Notes under the pieces: model-generated
Databases searched by the model: none
What the model was told of the DNA's origin: nothing
The model's input: the letters and a program-made list of their open reading frames with translations, nothing else
DNA from: Armatimonadota bacterium
GTDB lineage: Bacteria; Armatimonadota; UBA5829; DSUL01
DNA length: 64,000 nt
NCBI GenBank assembly: GCA_025998755.1
Contig: AP024674.1
Coordinates: 1,936,162 to 2,000,161, forward strand
Reading direction: 5' to 3'
Shown here: positions 10,128-21,083 of the stretch, one piece after another
How the letters are laid out: the number at the start of each line of letters is the position of its first letter
Numbering within the stretch: position 1 is the stretch's first letter
Made by a program: the position numbers and the translations under genes

Positions 10128-10307
10128 ATGAGTTTCGTCCTCCGCTGGTTTTGGGGCCACTTGAGGATGGCGGAAGAAGACTACGCGGAGCTGGAGGCGG
10201 CTTGGGTCGGCTGCTTGAGGGGGCTTCTGGAGAAGACTGCCGACAACCATCCAGCACAGGTCATTCCGCCAGGATGCCTTCCTCATCCCGCTTGCCGGAA
10301 AGGATGA
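10128..10307 (+). CDS. Possible small hypothetical protein
   Basis: ATG with a purine-rich RBS; overlaps the 3' end of the convergent helicase; no motif recognised. Confidence 0.25.
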   Translation: MSFVLRWFWGHLRMAEEDYAELEAAWVGCLRGLLEKTADNHPAQVIPPGCLPHPACRKG

Positions 10308-12561
10308 GTCCCAGAAGCCGCAGCGCGCCCGCTTTGTCCAGCGGTTCGTTCCCACTGCCGCACTTGGGCGAGTGAATGCAGGACGGGCATCCGTCCTCAC
10401 ACGGGCAATCGCGCAGAAGCTCTAGGGTCTCCGTCAGCAGATCCTTCAGCCTCAGATAGCACGCGCTTGCGATACCCACACCGCCAGGATACGCGTCGTA
10501 GATGAACACCGTCGCCAGTCCTCCGGAGTCCAGATGATAGGGATGCGAGATACCCCCCACATCCCACCGGTCACAGGATGCCACCAGCGGTGTCAACCCA
10601 ATGGCAGCGTGCTCGATGGCATGGATGCTGCCCATCAGGTCGAACCCATCATCGCTGAGCCGCCGCACCAGCCGGTGAGGGACGGTGAACCAGACTCCCT
10701 CCGTCAGGAAGCTCTGCTCCGGCAGGTCCAGATCCACCACTGCCTGCACAGAATCCGAATAGAGGTCTATCTTGCGATAGGCAACCACGCGCGAGGTCAC
10801 CTCCACCCGACCGAAATGCGCGGTTGCGGCACCCAGCGGGACACTCTCCACCTCCTCGACCACTCTCAGGTCCACCTCCTCCGCCGCGCGCGTGTAATAG
10901 TTGAACTCGCCGGGCTCCACCATCGCCTCACGCGAGACAAGGTTCAGGCTGACGACGCGGTAGCTCTCCCCCTGATGCAGGTAAATGGCCCCCTCGTGCA
11001 CCTCCCGGAATGCGCGCTCCGCGTCCACTTCGCCTAGCTCCTGCCCCGAGCGGGTTACGATCCGGAAGCGCGAGGAAGAGGACGAACGGATACCTACCTG
11101 GGCCGCAGGATAGTCGTCTGGAAGATAGTAGAACCTCCCACTCCGGAAGCCGAGTTCCCCCTCCGCACACATGCGCCAGGCGAGATCCGGGGCGTTGTCT
11201 CCGAACTCCAAGAGATCCTGCTCTGTGGTGGGAAGCTCGAAGACCGCGCAGCAGATATGCGGAGCCAGGATATACTCGTTGGCCGGGTTGACCAGCACGC
11301 GCTCGTGGCCCTGTTCGAAAAAGTAAGAGGGATGGGTCATCAGATACTGGTCCAGAGGATCCTCCAGCGCCACAAGCACACTGAGAGCCTCTTCGCGCCC
11401 CCGTCCCGCGCGGCCAGCCTGCTGCCAGGCGCTGGAGATAGTCCCGGGGTAACCCACCAGCACGGTGGCGTCCAGCCTGCCGACATCCACCCCCAGCTCC
11501 ATCGCATCGGTCGAGACCACGCCGATCAGGCTCCCGTCGAATAGCTGACGCTCGATCTCGCGGCGCTCCTCTGGACGGTATCCGGCCCGGTAGGACATGA
11601 CACGCTCGCGCAACTGCGGGTCGAAATGTTCCAGCTGCTCTCTGGCATAGCGCAGAACGAGCTCCGCGCTGCGGCGCGCACGGGTGAATGTGATGTTGCG
11701 CACCCCGTCCGCCACCAGCCCGGCGAACAGCCCGGTCGCTTCGCTGTGGGCGCTGCGCCGCCTTCCGTCGTTGCCCAACACGGGCGGGTTCCAGAACACG
11801 AATTTGCGCGGCCCCCGGGGCGATCCGTCATCATCGATCACGCGCACATCCAGTCCGCTTAGGCCCCGGGCCAGCTCTTGCGGATTGGCGATGGTGGCGC
11901 TGGTGAAGATGAACTGCGGGCGGGATCCATAATGCCGGCAGATCCGCCGCAGCCTGCGCAGCACGCAACCTACGTGTGAACCGAACACCCCCCGGTACGT
12001 GTGCATCTCGTCCAGCACGACGAACTCCAGGCGGCGGAAGAAGCGCCCCCAGGCTGCGTGATGGGGAAGGATGCCCTGATGGAGCATGTCCACGTTGGAG
12101 AGCACCAGTCTGGCCGCGCGCCGGGCCGCCGCGCGATCATCCCGAGAGGTGTCACCGTCGTAGGAGCAAAGCCTAACCCTGCCGGGCAGGCGGAACTGTC
12201 TCAGCTTGCCCAGCTGATCCTGCGCGAGCGCCTTGGTGGGATAAAGATAAAGGGCTGTGGCCGAGTGGTTGGTCAGCAGCCGCTCCAGCACGGGGAGGTT
12301 GTAACAGAGAGTCTTTCCGCTGGCCGTCCCGGTCACCACAGCCACGCTCTCGCCTGCCCTCACGGCGTCCAGCGCCGCTGCCTGATGGGTGTAGAGCGAC
12401 TCGACACCTGTTTCCTGCAGGGCACGGCGGAGCAAATCGGGCAGAGGACGGGCCGGTCCGGCATACCGGGCGTCTCGGGGCGGGATGTCCTCCACGTGAA
12501 CGATCTGCCCCGAATACCCCTGCGAATGGCGGATGCGCTCGAGGAACTGGAAAGGTGTCAT
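10261..12561 (-). CDS. DEAD/DEAH-box helicase with C-terminal DUF1998 zinc domain (MrfA/SftH/Hrq1-like)
   Basis: GTASGKT, YPTKALAQDQ, DEMH, SATIAN, QQAGRAGR, C-terminal CPCEDGCPSC...SPKC. Confidence 0.93.
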   Translation of the reverse strand: MTPFQFLERIRHSQGYSGQIVHVEDIPPRDARYAGPARPLPDLLRRALQETGVESLYTHQAAALDAVRAGESVAVVTGTASGKTLCYNLPVLERLLTNHSATALYLYPTKALAQDQLGKLRQFRLPGRVRLCSYDGDTSRDDRAAARRAARLVLSNVDMLHQGILPHHAAWGRFFRRLEFVVLDEMHTYRGVFGSHVGCVLRRLRRICRHYGSRPQFIFTSATIANPQELARGLSGLDVRVIDDDGSPRGPRKFVFWNPPVLGNDGRRRSAHSEATGLFAGLVADGVRNITFTRARRSAELVLRYAREQLEHFDPQLRERVMSYRAGYRPEERREIERQLFDGSLIGVVSTDAMELGVDVGRLDATVLVGYPGTISSAWQQAGRAGRGREEALSVLVALEDPLDQYLMTHPSYFFEQGHERVLVNPANEYILAPHICCAVFELPTTEQDLLEFGDNAPDLAWRMCAEGELGFRSGRFYYLPDDYPAAQVGIRSSSSSRFRIVTRSGQELGEVDAERAFREVHEGAIYLHQGESYRVVSLNLVSREAMVEPGEFNYYTRAAEEVDLRVVEEVESVPLGAATAHFGRVEVTSRVVAYRKIDLYSDSVQAVVDLDLPEQSFLTEGVWFTVPHRLVRRLSDDGFDLMGSIHAIEHAAIGLTPLVASCDRWDVGGISHPYHLDSGGLATVFIYDAYPGGVGIASACYLRLKDLLTETLELLRDCPCEDGCPSCIHSPKCGSGNEPLDKAGALRLLGLILSGKRDEEGILAE

Positions 12562-12692
12562 CCGGCGGCCTGCCCTCCGCACGATTGTGACTGCGAACAC
12601 GCGTTCGCGTCAAGCTGAGGATTCCCAAATTGCCGAACGCTCCGCTGCCAGGCAACGGAGCGTTCCGCGCAATCCTTCAGAAAGCCGATTGG

Positions 12693-13217
12693 CTACAGGC
12701 GTTCAATCTGGCTGAACTCCAGCTCCACCGGGGTGTCCCGACCGAAGATGGAGATCAGCACCTTGACTGTCTCCTTCGGGACGTTCACGTCCTCTATCTT
12801 GCCGGTGAACTCCGCGAAGGGACCGCTGACCACGCGGACCACATCCCCCACCGCCCACTTGACGCGCGGAGGCTGCTTGGGTCCGTCCACCGCCTGAAGG
12901 ATGCCCTCGATCTCCCGATCCTGCATCGGCACCGGCTTGTTCCCGGAAGAAACGAAGCCGGTGACGCCGGCCGTGCTCTTCACCAGGTGCCAGGTGGTCT
13001 CATCCAGCACCATCTCGATGAGCACATATCCCGGGAAGATCTTGCGCTGAACTTCCGTTCGCTTGCCGCCGCGCGTGCGAAGCTCCGGCTCCGTGGGGAC
13101 AAGGATCCTGGAGATCTTGTCCTTCAGGTTGAGCGACTCAGCCCGGCGCTCGATGCTCGTCTTGACTTTGTTTTCGTGGCCCGCGTATGTATGAACCGCG
13201 TACCAGTGCTTTTCCAT
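12693..13217 (-). CDS. nusG: Transcription termination/antitermination factor NusG
   Basis: WYAVHTYAGHE, FPGYVL, GVTGFV, KOW motif GPFAEFTG, IFGRDTPVEL. Confidence 0.98.
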   Translation of the reverse strand: MEKHWYAVHTYAGHENKVKTSIERRAESLNLKDKISRILVPTEPELRTRGGKRTEVQRKIFPGYVLIEMVLDETTWHLVKSTAGVTGFVSSGNKPVPMQDREIEGILQAVDGPKQPPRVKWAVGDVVRVVSGPFAEFTGKIEDVNVPKETVKVLISIFGRDTPVELEFSQIERL

Positions 13218-13265
13218 TCCTGAGTCAGTGCTCCGCGCCGCCTGCTCCCGCCCTGCGGCAGGGCA

Positions 13266-13499
13266 TCAGCGGCCCAGTCCGAAGAGCGTCTTCGTGATGT
13301 AGGCCAGGATTGAATCTACTATGTATACGTAGAGAGTCACGAAAATGACGCCGGCGAAGACGGCCGTCGTCAATCTCCGGATGTCCTCCCACGACGGCCA
13401 GGTCGCCCTGCGGGTCTCCGCATAGGATTCCTTCAGGTAGTTCACCGCCTTCGTGAAGATCGAGGGCTCCCGCCTGGCCGTAGCCATCTTAGTCGCCAT
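13266..13499 (-). CDS. secE: Preprotein translocase subunit SecE
   Basis: E.RRATWPS followed by one TM helix; located between tRNA-Trp and nusG. Confidence 0.92.
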   Translation of the reverse strand: MATKMATARREPSIFTKAVNYLKESYAETRRATWPSWEDIRRLTTAVFAGVIFVTLYVYIVDSILAYITKTLFGLGR

Positions 13500-13538
13500 G
13501 CCTTGATGTATCCTGTGTCAGTCGCCTGAAAAAGGGGA

Positions 13539-13614
13539 TGGCAGGCCCTGCCGGATTCGAACCGACGACTTCTGGTTTTGGAGACCAGCGCTCTACCAGC
13601 TGAGCTAAGGGCCT
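13539..13614 (-). tRNA. tRNA-Trp(CCA)
   Basis: 76-nt cloverleaf AGGCCCTTAGCTCAG...CTGGT-CTCCAAA-ACCAG...GGTTCGAATCC...GGGCCTGCCA. Confidence 0.97.
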
Positions 13615-13690
13615 GCGACTCTCCGTGGAGAGAACCTGCGCCCGGCAGACGGATGCGCCGGAGGCAGCGCGCCCGGATGAACGCGGCAAG

Positions 13691-13852
13691 CTACTTCGCC
13701 TCCCGGTGCACAGTATGTTTTCGGCACACCGGGCAATGCTTCTTAAGTTCCAGCCGCTCCGTCTGCTTGCGGCGATTCTTGGTGGTCGCATAGTTGCGCG
13801 CCCGGCACTCCGTGCACGCCATCGTTATGACCACCCTGATATCTGTCGCCAA
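13691..13852 (-). CDS. rpmG: 50S ribosomal protein L33 (Zn-binding form)
   Basis: Below the ORF-track cutoff; TTG start, [53 protein letters not shown]. Confidence 0.96.
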   Translation of the reverse strand: MATDIRVVITMACTECRARNYATTKNRRKQTERLELKKHCPVCRKHTVHREAK

Positions 13853-13878
13853 CGTTGTCCTCCCGACAACAGGGAATC

Positions 13879-13912
13879 GCTCCGCCGCCGCGCCGCAGGC
13901 CGGCGGCGGAGC
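13879..13912. other. GC-rich stem-loop between tuf and rpmG
   Basis: 12-bp stem GCTCCGCCGCCG / CGGCGGCGGAGC with no U-tract; possible mRNA stability or processing element. Confidence 0.5.
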
Positions 13913-13929
13913 AACTCAATCCCTGAACA

Positions 13930-15132
<1,203 letters not shown>

Positions 15133-15249
15133 CTCCTCTACGATCCTCCAGAAAAAGATGTCCGGGAGCAGCCCGCCCCCGCGGATTCTTTCCAGAACAA
15201 GATGGCTGCTGGACGGCCCAACCCGGCGCGTGGTGCAGAAAAATGAAAA

Positions 15250-15321
15250 AGCCCACGACGGGATTCGGACCCGTGACCTCCTCTTTACCAAAGAGGTGCG
15301 CTACCCCTGCGCCACGTGGGC
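15250..15321 (-). tRNA. tRNA-Thr(GGT)
   Basis: Cloverleaf with anticodon arm CCTCT-TTGGTAA-AGAGG; T-loop reads TCCGAAT; CCA not encoded. Confidence 0.92.
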
Positions 15322-15411
15322 ATTCTTTCCGCAACCCGGCGCCGGCCCGCGGCCGCCGCAGGCTCCCGGTGCCTCGACGGGGCAGCCTGGAACGCCTGCA
15401 TTTTGACAATC

Positions 15412-15494
15412 TGGGGGGAAGAGGATTCGAACCTCTGTAGGCGTTCGCCGGCAGATTTACAGTCTGCTCCCTTTGGCCGCTCGGGCATCCCCCC
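15412..15494 (-). tRNA. tRNA-Tyr(GTA)
   Basis: GCAGA-CTGTAAA-TCTGC anticodon arm, long variable arm, GGTTCGAATCC. Confidence 0.97.
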
Positions 15495-15651
15495 GCAACA
15501 GTCACTGCGCCCATGGCAGGAGCTGCCGCCCCGGCGCAGCCCTGCCGTACAGGGCAACGCCGCGCACGGCGCATTCTAGCGGAATCGCGCCGCTTCCTGC
15601 AACCTCCGCGCACGAGCGTGGGCGCGGACGGCCTCCAAAAAATAGAGTGAG

Positions 15652-15723
15652 AGCCGACGAAGGGAATCGAACCCCCAACCGGCGGTTTACAAAACCGCTG
15701 CTCTACCATTGAGCTACGTCGGC
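15652..15723 (-). tRNA. tRNA-Thr(TGT)
   Basis: GCGGT-TTTGTAA-ACCGC anticodon arm, GGTTCGATTCC. Confidence 0.97.
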
Positions 15724-15772
15724 ACCGCGCCAACAAAAAGCAGCCGGTCCTCTGTTCCGGCTACCACCTCCG

Positions 15773-15801
15773 ATTATATTGGCAAGCCCGGCGGGTGTCA
15801 A
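15773..15801 (-). promoter_or_regulatory. Consensus sigma70 promoter of the tRNA-tuf operon
   Basis: Perfect TTGACA-N17-TATAAT about 50 nt upstream of tRNA-Thr(TGT). Confidence 0.92.
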
Positions 15802-15922
15802 CGAGGGCGATTTTCACCCGCTTACGAGCCCTTGACAGGGAGCGCCACAGGAAGTCGCGCACGCCGTTTGACTGGCTGCCGTCGCCGGTGCCTGATTGAG
15901 CCTCCGGCCTAACTCTGCCCCT

Positions 15923-16738
15923 TCAGTCCTGCAGCCCGTAAGCGCGGGCGGCCTCTGAAGGTGCCAGGCCCTCCTGCACGACGGCGCACAGGGCCCGTTG
16001 AAAGGCCGCCGGGTCCGGCACCTGGACGGCGTTGCGGCCGAACACCACACCGCGGCCGCCTCCCTGGACGATCCGCTCCGCAAGCTCCAGCGCCTGGATC
16101 TGGCGCGGAGTCTTCTCCGCCCCCAGTCCCAGAACGGGCACAGGGCAGCCCTGCGTCACCTCGTTGAAGCGTACAGTACAGTAGGTCTTGATCAGGTCGG
16201 CTCCGAGTTCCGCAAGGATGCGGCTGCCGCGCATCACTTCGTCGTGCAACTCCTCAGGGCTCAGACGGTCCGGGCGCGCGGGGAAATACTCCCCCACCAC
16301 AGGCAGGCCCAGGCGCCGCGCCTCGGCAGCCAGCCGGCAGAACAGCTCAACGTTCGCGGCGTCGCGTCCCTCATCGCCGGTCTTGAGTGTGAGACAGATC
16401 AACACGCACTCGGCTCCCAGCGCAACCGCATCCTGCGGGGAGAATGCCTCCACCGCGATCCCGGCCTCATAGTTCCAGTGAAAGCAAAAGTGGGTGCTCC
16501 AGTTCAGGCGGACCACAGCCATCGGCGCGCCTTTGACCGAGAACGCGTGCGCCGTGTGGCGCAGCATCCCCGGCGACAAAAGGATGGCCGACACGCACGG
16601 ATCGATCCTTCGGACCGTATCCCCCAGGTCCACCATTCCCGGCAGCGGCCCGTCGAACTCCCCGTGGTCCACGGCCACCACCACCGCGTTGCGGCCGCCG
16701 CTGAAAAGCCGCGCCAGCCGGATATCTCTGCCCGTCAT
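15923..16738 (-). CDS. Class I aldolase, DhnA/LsrF family
   Basis: VAVDHG, LSPG, LPVVGE, Schiff-base motif ELGADLIKT, VFGRNA. Confidence 0.88.
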   Translation of the reverse strand: MTGRDIRLARLFSGGRNAVVVAVDHGEFDGPLPGMVDLGDTVRRIDPCVSAILLSPGMLRHTAHAFSVKGAPMAVVRLNWSTHFCFHWNYEAGIAVEAFSPQDAVALGAECVLICLTLKTGDEGRDAANVELFCRLAAEARRLGLPVVGEYFPARPDRLSPEELHDEVMRGSRILAELGADLIKTYCTVRFNEVTQGCPVPVLGLGAEKTPRQIQALELAERIVQGGGRGVVFGRNAVQVPDPAAFQRALCAVVQEGLAPSEAARAYGLQD

Positions 16739-16772
16739 CTACCAGATCCTCTCCCCCTGTCCGAAGCCCGAT

Positions 16773-18212
16773 TCAGGCCCGGTAAAACTCCAGAGCGCGC
16801 CGGTAGGCGTCCAGATACCGCCCGTAAAACTCCCGCTCGGCCTCCACGCGTGAAGGCTGCGGTTCAACGACGCGGACAACTCGGCCCGTCCATGCGGCGG
16901 GGCACCCGCCAGCGGCCAGACGCGCGGCTCCGTAACACGCCGACTCCGCGCAGTCCAACACCTCCACCGGAAGGCCCAGGATGTCCGCAATCAGCTGCGG
17001 CCATAGGGCGCTCTTCGTAGCTCCCCCCACCATCCGCAACCGCTCCGGCCCGCCGGCCAGCGGCGCCGCCGCTTCCAGATTGCGCCGCGCCTCAAACGCC
17101 AGCCCGCGCATAACAGCAAGCTCGATGTCCGCGGCCGTGTGCGAAAGGGTCAGCCCCACGAGCGTCCCCTTTGACTCCTCCCGCCAGTCCGGACAAAGCC
17201 CCCCGTAGAGGTGGGGGATGAAGATGAGAGGGTCTTTGCCGGAATCCGCCTCTGAGGCAGCGCCATCCGCCCCGAACGTGCGCCTGACCCAGTCAAACAC
17301 CGTGCCGCCGCTGAACGGAAGCACCAGCCCCCATGCATCCGACTGCACGTGGCAACAGACGGGAAGGTTGCCCTCCGGATCCCGGGGGGGACGCAAGGCC
17401 ACGGCGTAGAGCACCCAGGCTGTCCCGCATGAGAGCACCCAGCGCCCGCCCGGCGCGGCCCCCGCCCCGTGGGCCGCGGCAGCCTGGTCGAAGGCTCCGG
17501 CCACCACCGGCGTCTTCTCCGGAAGTCCGAGCTCGGCTGCCGCATCCCGCGAGAGACAGCCGATAGGCTCCCCGGCCTCCGCCGTCTCCGGCAGGTACTC
17601 CACCAGCAGGCCCACCATCTGGGCCACTTTCCCGGACCAGCGCCTCGCAAACGGGTTGAAAAACGGGGTCCACGAAGCTGACGGCACATCCGCAACGCGC
17701 CGTCCGGTCATCCGCCATGCCAGAAAGTCCGGCACCCAGCAGACTACGCCGTCTCGCAGCGTCTCCGGTTCGTTCTCGGCCAGCCACAGCACAGCGCACG
17801 CCGAACTGTAAGGCGTCAAGCGGATCCCTGTCTCCGAATACCAGAACCGCTGATCCGCCTCCGCCAGCAGGCGGGCGCACTCCGCGGATGAGCGCGCGTC
17901 CATCCAACTGATGGCTGGCCGCAAGGGGCGTCCGCATCGGTCTGCGGCGATGAGGGTATCTCCCTGTGTGCTGAGGGCCAGTGCGGCCACACTTTCCGGC
18001 TCCCTGCCGCAGGAGCGCAACTGCTCCAGACAGCCCCGCACCACCGAGACCAGCCCCCTCCAGAAGTCCTCCGGGTCCTGCTCGGCCCAACCCTGGTGCG
18101 GATGGGACATCCCGTACGGATCCTGCGCTTCCGCCAGAATGCTGCCCTCATCATCCACGGCGAGGCACTTGGCGGAAGTCGTGCCGATGTCCGCCCCAAG
18201 GAAGATGGTCAC
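16773..18212 (-). CDS. FGGY-family carbohydrate kinase (xylulokinase-like)
   Basis: LGADIGTTSAK, WAEQDPE, ISWMDAR, GAFDQ, SCGT, VGGATKS; GTG start overlaps the upstream stop. Confidence 0.92.
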   Translation of the reverse strand: MTIFLGADIGTTSAKCLAVDDEGSILAEAQDPYGMSHPHQGWAEQDPEDFWRGLVSVVRGCLEQLRSCGREPESVAALALSTQGDTLIAADRCGRPLRPAISWMDARSSAECARLLAEADQRFWYSETGIRLTPYSSACAVLWLAENEPETLRDGVVCWVPDFLAWRMTGRRVADVPSASWTPFFNPFARRWSGKVAQMVGLLVEYLPETAEAGEPIGCLSRDAAAELGLPEKTPVVAGAFDQAAAAHGAGAAPGGRWVLSCGTAWVLYAVALRPPRDPEGNLPVCCHVQSDAWGLVLPFSGGTVFDWVRRTFGADGAASEADSGKDPLIFIPHLYGGLCPDWREESKGTLVGLTLSHTAADIELAVMRGLAFEARRNLEAAAPLAGGPERLRMVGGATKSALWPQLIADILGLPVEVLDCAESACYGAARLAAGGCPAAWTGRVVRVVEPQPSRVEAEREFYGRYLDAYRRALEFYRA

Positions 18213-19648
18213 GCGCTCGCGATCTCCTCCACCCGCCAACGCATCATCCGGCCGAAGCTCGTAATCTCCGGGAGCACGTCGCCATACACGAGAGCAGCAT
18301 GGTGGGTGCCGCCGGCCTCGCCATAGCGCTCCAGGAAGCGTTCCACGGGGATCTCCGGCCGGATCCATCCCCGGATGGCGCCCTCCATCCGGTCCGGCTC
18401 CTCGCCGTCCACCTCCACCGGCGCAGCGATGAGCGTGAATGTCCCGTCCGGGCCGGGCGCCAGATTGGCGAATACGGCGCGACCGGGCCGGAAGCGTCCC
18501 ACGGCCACCGCCGGCGTCTCCGCGTCAATCCAGGGCATCTCCTTTGCGATCAGCCGGGCCCGGCCTTCGGCCATCTCCGGGTTCATCTCCGCCATGTGGC
18601 TCAGGAAGATGCGCCCCCCCTTCCAGTCCGGACAGAACATCTCCGTGAAGGTGGTCTCCGGAAAAACACCGGCCAGCGCGCTCACGAAGGCGGCCGTCAG
18701 GACGTCCCCCTCCCCGGCATAGCCGATGCCGCGGCTCATGGCCTTCGATGCCTCAAGGAACGGGATGGTGGGCAATCCGCACGAGCGCCGGAATTCGTCG
18801 AAGTTCATGGTAAAGGCGTCCACGCGCTCCTGTTCCAGCCAGCGACGCAGAGCGATGGAGGCGCGCGCCGTGGCCGCGTGCACGCCCTCATCCAGCCCGG
18901 ACGCATCGAAGAACTCCCTGTCCGCCTGCATCTCTGCCTGCACCGCCGGATCGTCCTGAGGAGGCAACAACCCCGGCAGATCCTCGAAACCCGCCCGGAC
19001 GATGGTCAGTCCCACCGCGCGCTTCAGATCCTGGTCCGGCACCTGGAAGTCACCCATCCCTCGGAAGGGCCTGCCAAGGGACCCCACCCGGGCCAAGCGC
19101 ATCCGCGAGGCCATCGCCGCCCCGCGGGCGTGCGCCGCGACACGTTCCAGAACGTCCGACTCCTGCCAGTGTCCCGCTTCAATGAGGAAGTCTTTACGCG
19201 AGCGCAGCAGCAGGTTGCATAGATCCTGCACGCCGTGAATGCCGTGGTTGTACATTAGCTCGCCGGGATCCTGCTGCGGGCCGTAGTCGAAAGCGGGAGT
19301 GGTATCCAACACAATGAGGGGAAGAGCCGTCCCAGCCAGCGCCTCCGCCGACTCCAGCGAGGGAGAGTATGCCAGATGCAGTGTGACGATGGCATCCGCG
19401 CCGGCGTCCTCGAAACCGCGGACGGCCTCCCGGAACTCGGACTCCAGGCGGCACACCGGCGAGCGCAACACCCGCAGGCCCCTTCCCTCCATCTCCAGTG
19501 CGATGGTCCCGTAGAACGCGTCTATCCGCCCCCGGACCTCCGGCAGCACCCGGTCGTACAACTCAAGATACAGCCCCAGGAAGCCGACGCAGGGCCGGCA
19601 TCGCGTTGCGCAGCCTTCAGGCCCGTCTCCTCGATTTATTGCGCCCAT
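18209..19648 (-). CDS. L-arabinose/L-fucose isomerase family protein
   Basis: AYSPS, NHGIHG, GYAGEGD, FTEM, LSHMAE, GGTHH match AraA-type metal ligands. Confidence 0.85.
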   Translation of the reverse strand: MGAINRGDGPEGCATRCRPCVGFLGLYLELYDRVLPEVRGRIDAFYGTIALEMEGRGLRVLRSPVCRLESEFREAVRGFEDAGADAIVTLHLAYSPSLESAEALAGTALPLIVLDTTPAFDYGPQQDPGELMYNHGIHGVQDLCNLLLRSRKDFLIEAGHWQESDVLERVAAHARGAAMASRMRLARVGSLGRPFRGMGDFQVPDQDLKRAVGLTIVRAGFEDLPGLLPPQDDPAVQAEMQADREFFDASGLDEGVHAATARASIALRRWLEQERVDAFTMNFDEFRRSCGLPTIPFLEASKAMSRGIGYAGEGDVLTAAFVSALAGVFPETTFTEMFCPDWKGGRIFLSHMAEMNPEMAEGRARLIAKEMPWIDAETPAVAVGRFRPGRAVFANLAPGPDGTFTLIAAPVEVDGEEPDRMEGAIRGWIRPEIPVERFLERYGEAGGTHHAALVYGDVLPEITSFGRMMRWRVEEIASA

Positions 19649-21021
19649 CAGTCGTAGCCCAGGCGCTTCTGGACCTCGGCAATGGACTCCTCGATGATGT
19701 CCATCGCCTTTTCGGCCACATCGAACGGCATCACGATGGGCGGGCTCATCCTGAGGATATGACCGGCCGGGATCCAGGCCAGCCCCTTGCTGAAGGCTGT
19801 CTGATACACCAGCTTACCGGCTTCGTCAAACGGCTCCTTTGTGGCCTTGTCCTTGACCAGTTCCACGCCCATCAGACACCCTTTCACGCGGGTGTCTCCC
19901 ACGATGTTGTACTTGGTGGTCCAGTCAGCCATCTTGCGGCGGAACAGATTCTCCAGCTGCACGGCGCGCTCCAGCAGATTCTCTTCCTGGATCACCTCGA
20001 TGCAAGCCAGGGCCGCCGCGCAGGCCATCGGGTTTCCACCGTAGCTGGTGCTGGCGCTGATGCGGTCCACCGCGTCGGCGTACGGCTCCCGGACGACCAT
20101 GGCCGTCACCGGGAAGCCGTTTCCGAAACCTTTCCCCAAGGTGACCACATCCGGCACCACATCCCAGTGCTCCGTGCAAAGGAACTTGCCAGTCCGGCCC
20201 ATCCCCGTGAGCACCTCATCCGTGAAGAGCAGGATGCCGCGCTCGTCGCAGAATTTCCTCAGCTTCGGGAAGAAATCGTCTGGAGGCATGATGGACCCGC
20301 CCCAGCCCTGGATGGGCTCCAGCACGAAAGCCGCCACATCGCCCGCCGTCCCGTTCGTGATGAAGGAGTCGTAGTATTCCAGATACTTCTCCGTGTCCAA
20401 GGAGCCGTCCTCGCGGGTCCAGAGGGGCCGGTAGGTGTCCGGCCGGGGCAACAGGTAGAAACCGGGGGCGCGCGTGGGGCCGTACAGCTTATTGGTGCTG
20501 GCCAGGCTCACCGCATGACCGGTCTTGCCGTGGAAATCCCGGAAACAGGAAAGAAACTCCTGGCGGCCGGTGGCGGCTCGGCAGGTGCGAAGCCCGGCCT
20601 CCACGGCAGTGGTTCCGCTGTCGTAGAGCTGCACGCCTCTGAGATCCCCAGGCAGCACCTCCGCCAGCTTCTCCAGAAGCTTCACCTTGAGTGGAGTGGT
20701 GAAGTCGTGGGCGTTCATCAGGGTGTGCGCCGCTTTCGCCACCGCTTCGGAGATCTTCGGATGGCAATGCCCCAGCGTGGTGACATAGATCCCGCTGGAA
20801 AAATCAATGTAGCGGTTACCGTCCACGTCCTGGAGAGTGACGCCGTAACCTTTCTCAAAGACCACGGGGAACAGGCGCACCTGGCCGGAAAGCCCACGGA
20901 TGTAGCGCGTGGCGCGCTCGTGGAGCTCGCGGGATTTCGGTCCGGGCGGGGGGGTGACGATGCGGGGATATTCGCTCAGGTCCACGTCCGCCCAGTACTT
21001 CGTTTCCATTACGGTCGCCAT
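19648..21021 (-). CDS. Class III PLP-dependent aminotransferase
   Basis: DVDGNRYIDF, FHGKT, EPIQGWGG, DEVLTGMGRTG, PLP lysine in TLGKG, SYGGNP. Confidence 0.93.
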   Translation of the reverse strand: MATVMETKYWADVDLSEYPRIVTPPPGPKSRELHERATRYIRGLSGQVRLFPVVFEKGYGVTLQDVDGNRYIDFSSGIYVTTLGHCHPKISEAVAKAAHTLMNAHDFTTPLKVKLLEKLAEVLPGDLRGVQLYDSGTTAVEAGLRTCRAATGRQEFLSCFRDFHGKTGHAVSLASTNKLYGPTRAPGFYLLPRPDTYRPLWTREDGSLDTEKYLEYYDSFITNGTAGDVAAFVLEPIQGWGGSIMPPDDFFPKLRKFCDERGILLFTDEVLTGMGRTGKFLCTEHWDVVPDVVTLGKGFGNGFPVTAMVVREPYADAVDRISASTSYGGNPMACAAALACIEVIQEENLLERAVQLENLFRRKMADWTTKYNIVGDTRVKGCLMGVELVKDKATKEPFDEAGKLVYQTAFSKGLAWIPAGHILRMSPPIVMPFDVAEKAMDIIEESIAEVQKRLGYD

Positions 21022-21083
21022 GGCTTGTGCCTCCGTCTCGCCGGGTCTAGCCTCTCCTCGCCCGACACCGCCCAGCCTGTATG

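Noticed and set aside
10261..12561. DUF1998 helicase as part of a DISARM or Druantia defence system
   Set aside because: Single-chain MrfA/SftH architecture with no methylase, DrmA/DrmD or phospholipase D neighbours.
18209..19648. Canonical araBAD operon
   Set aside because: No araD or arabinose transporter/regulator; the isomerase is a divergent family member flanked by an aminotransferase and an aldolase.
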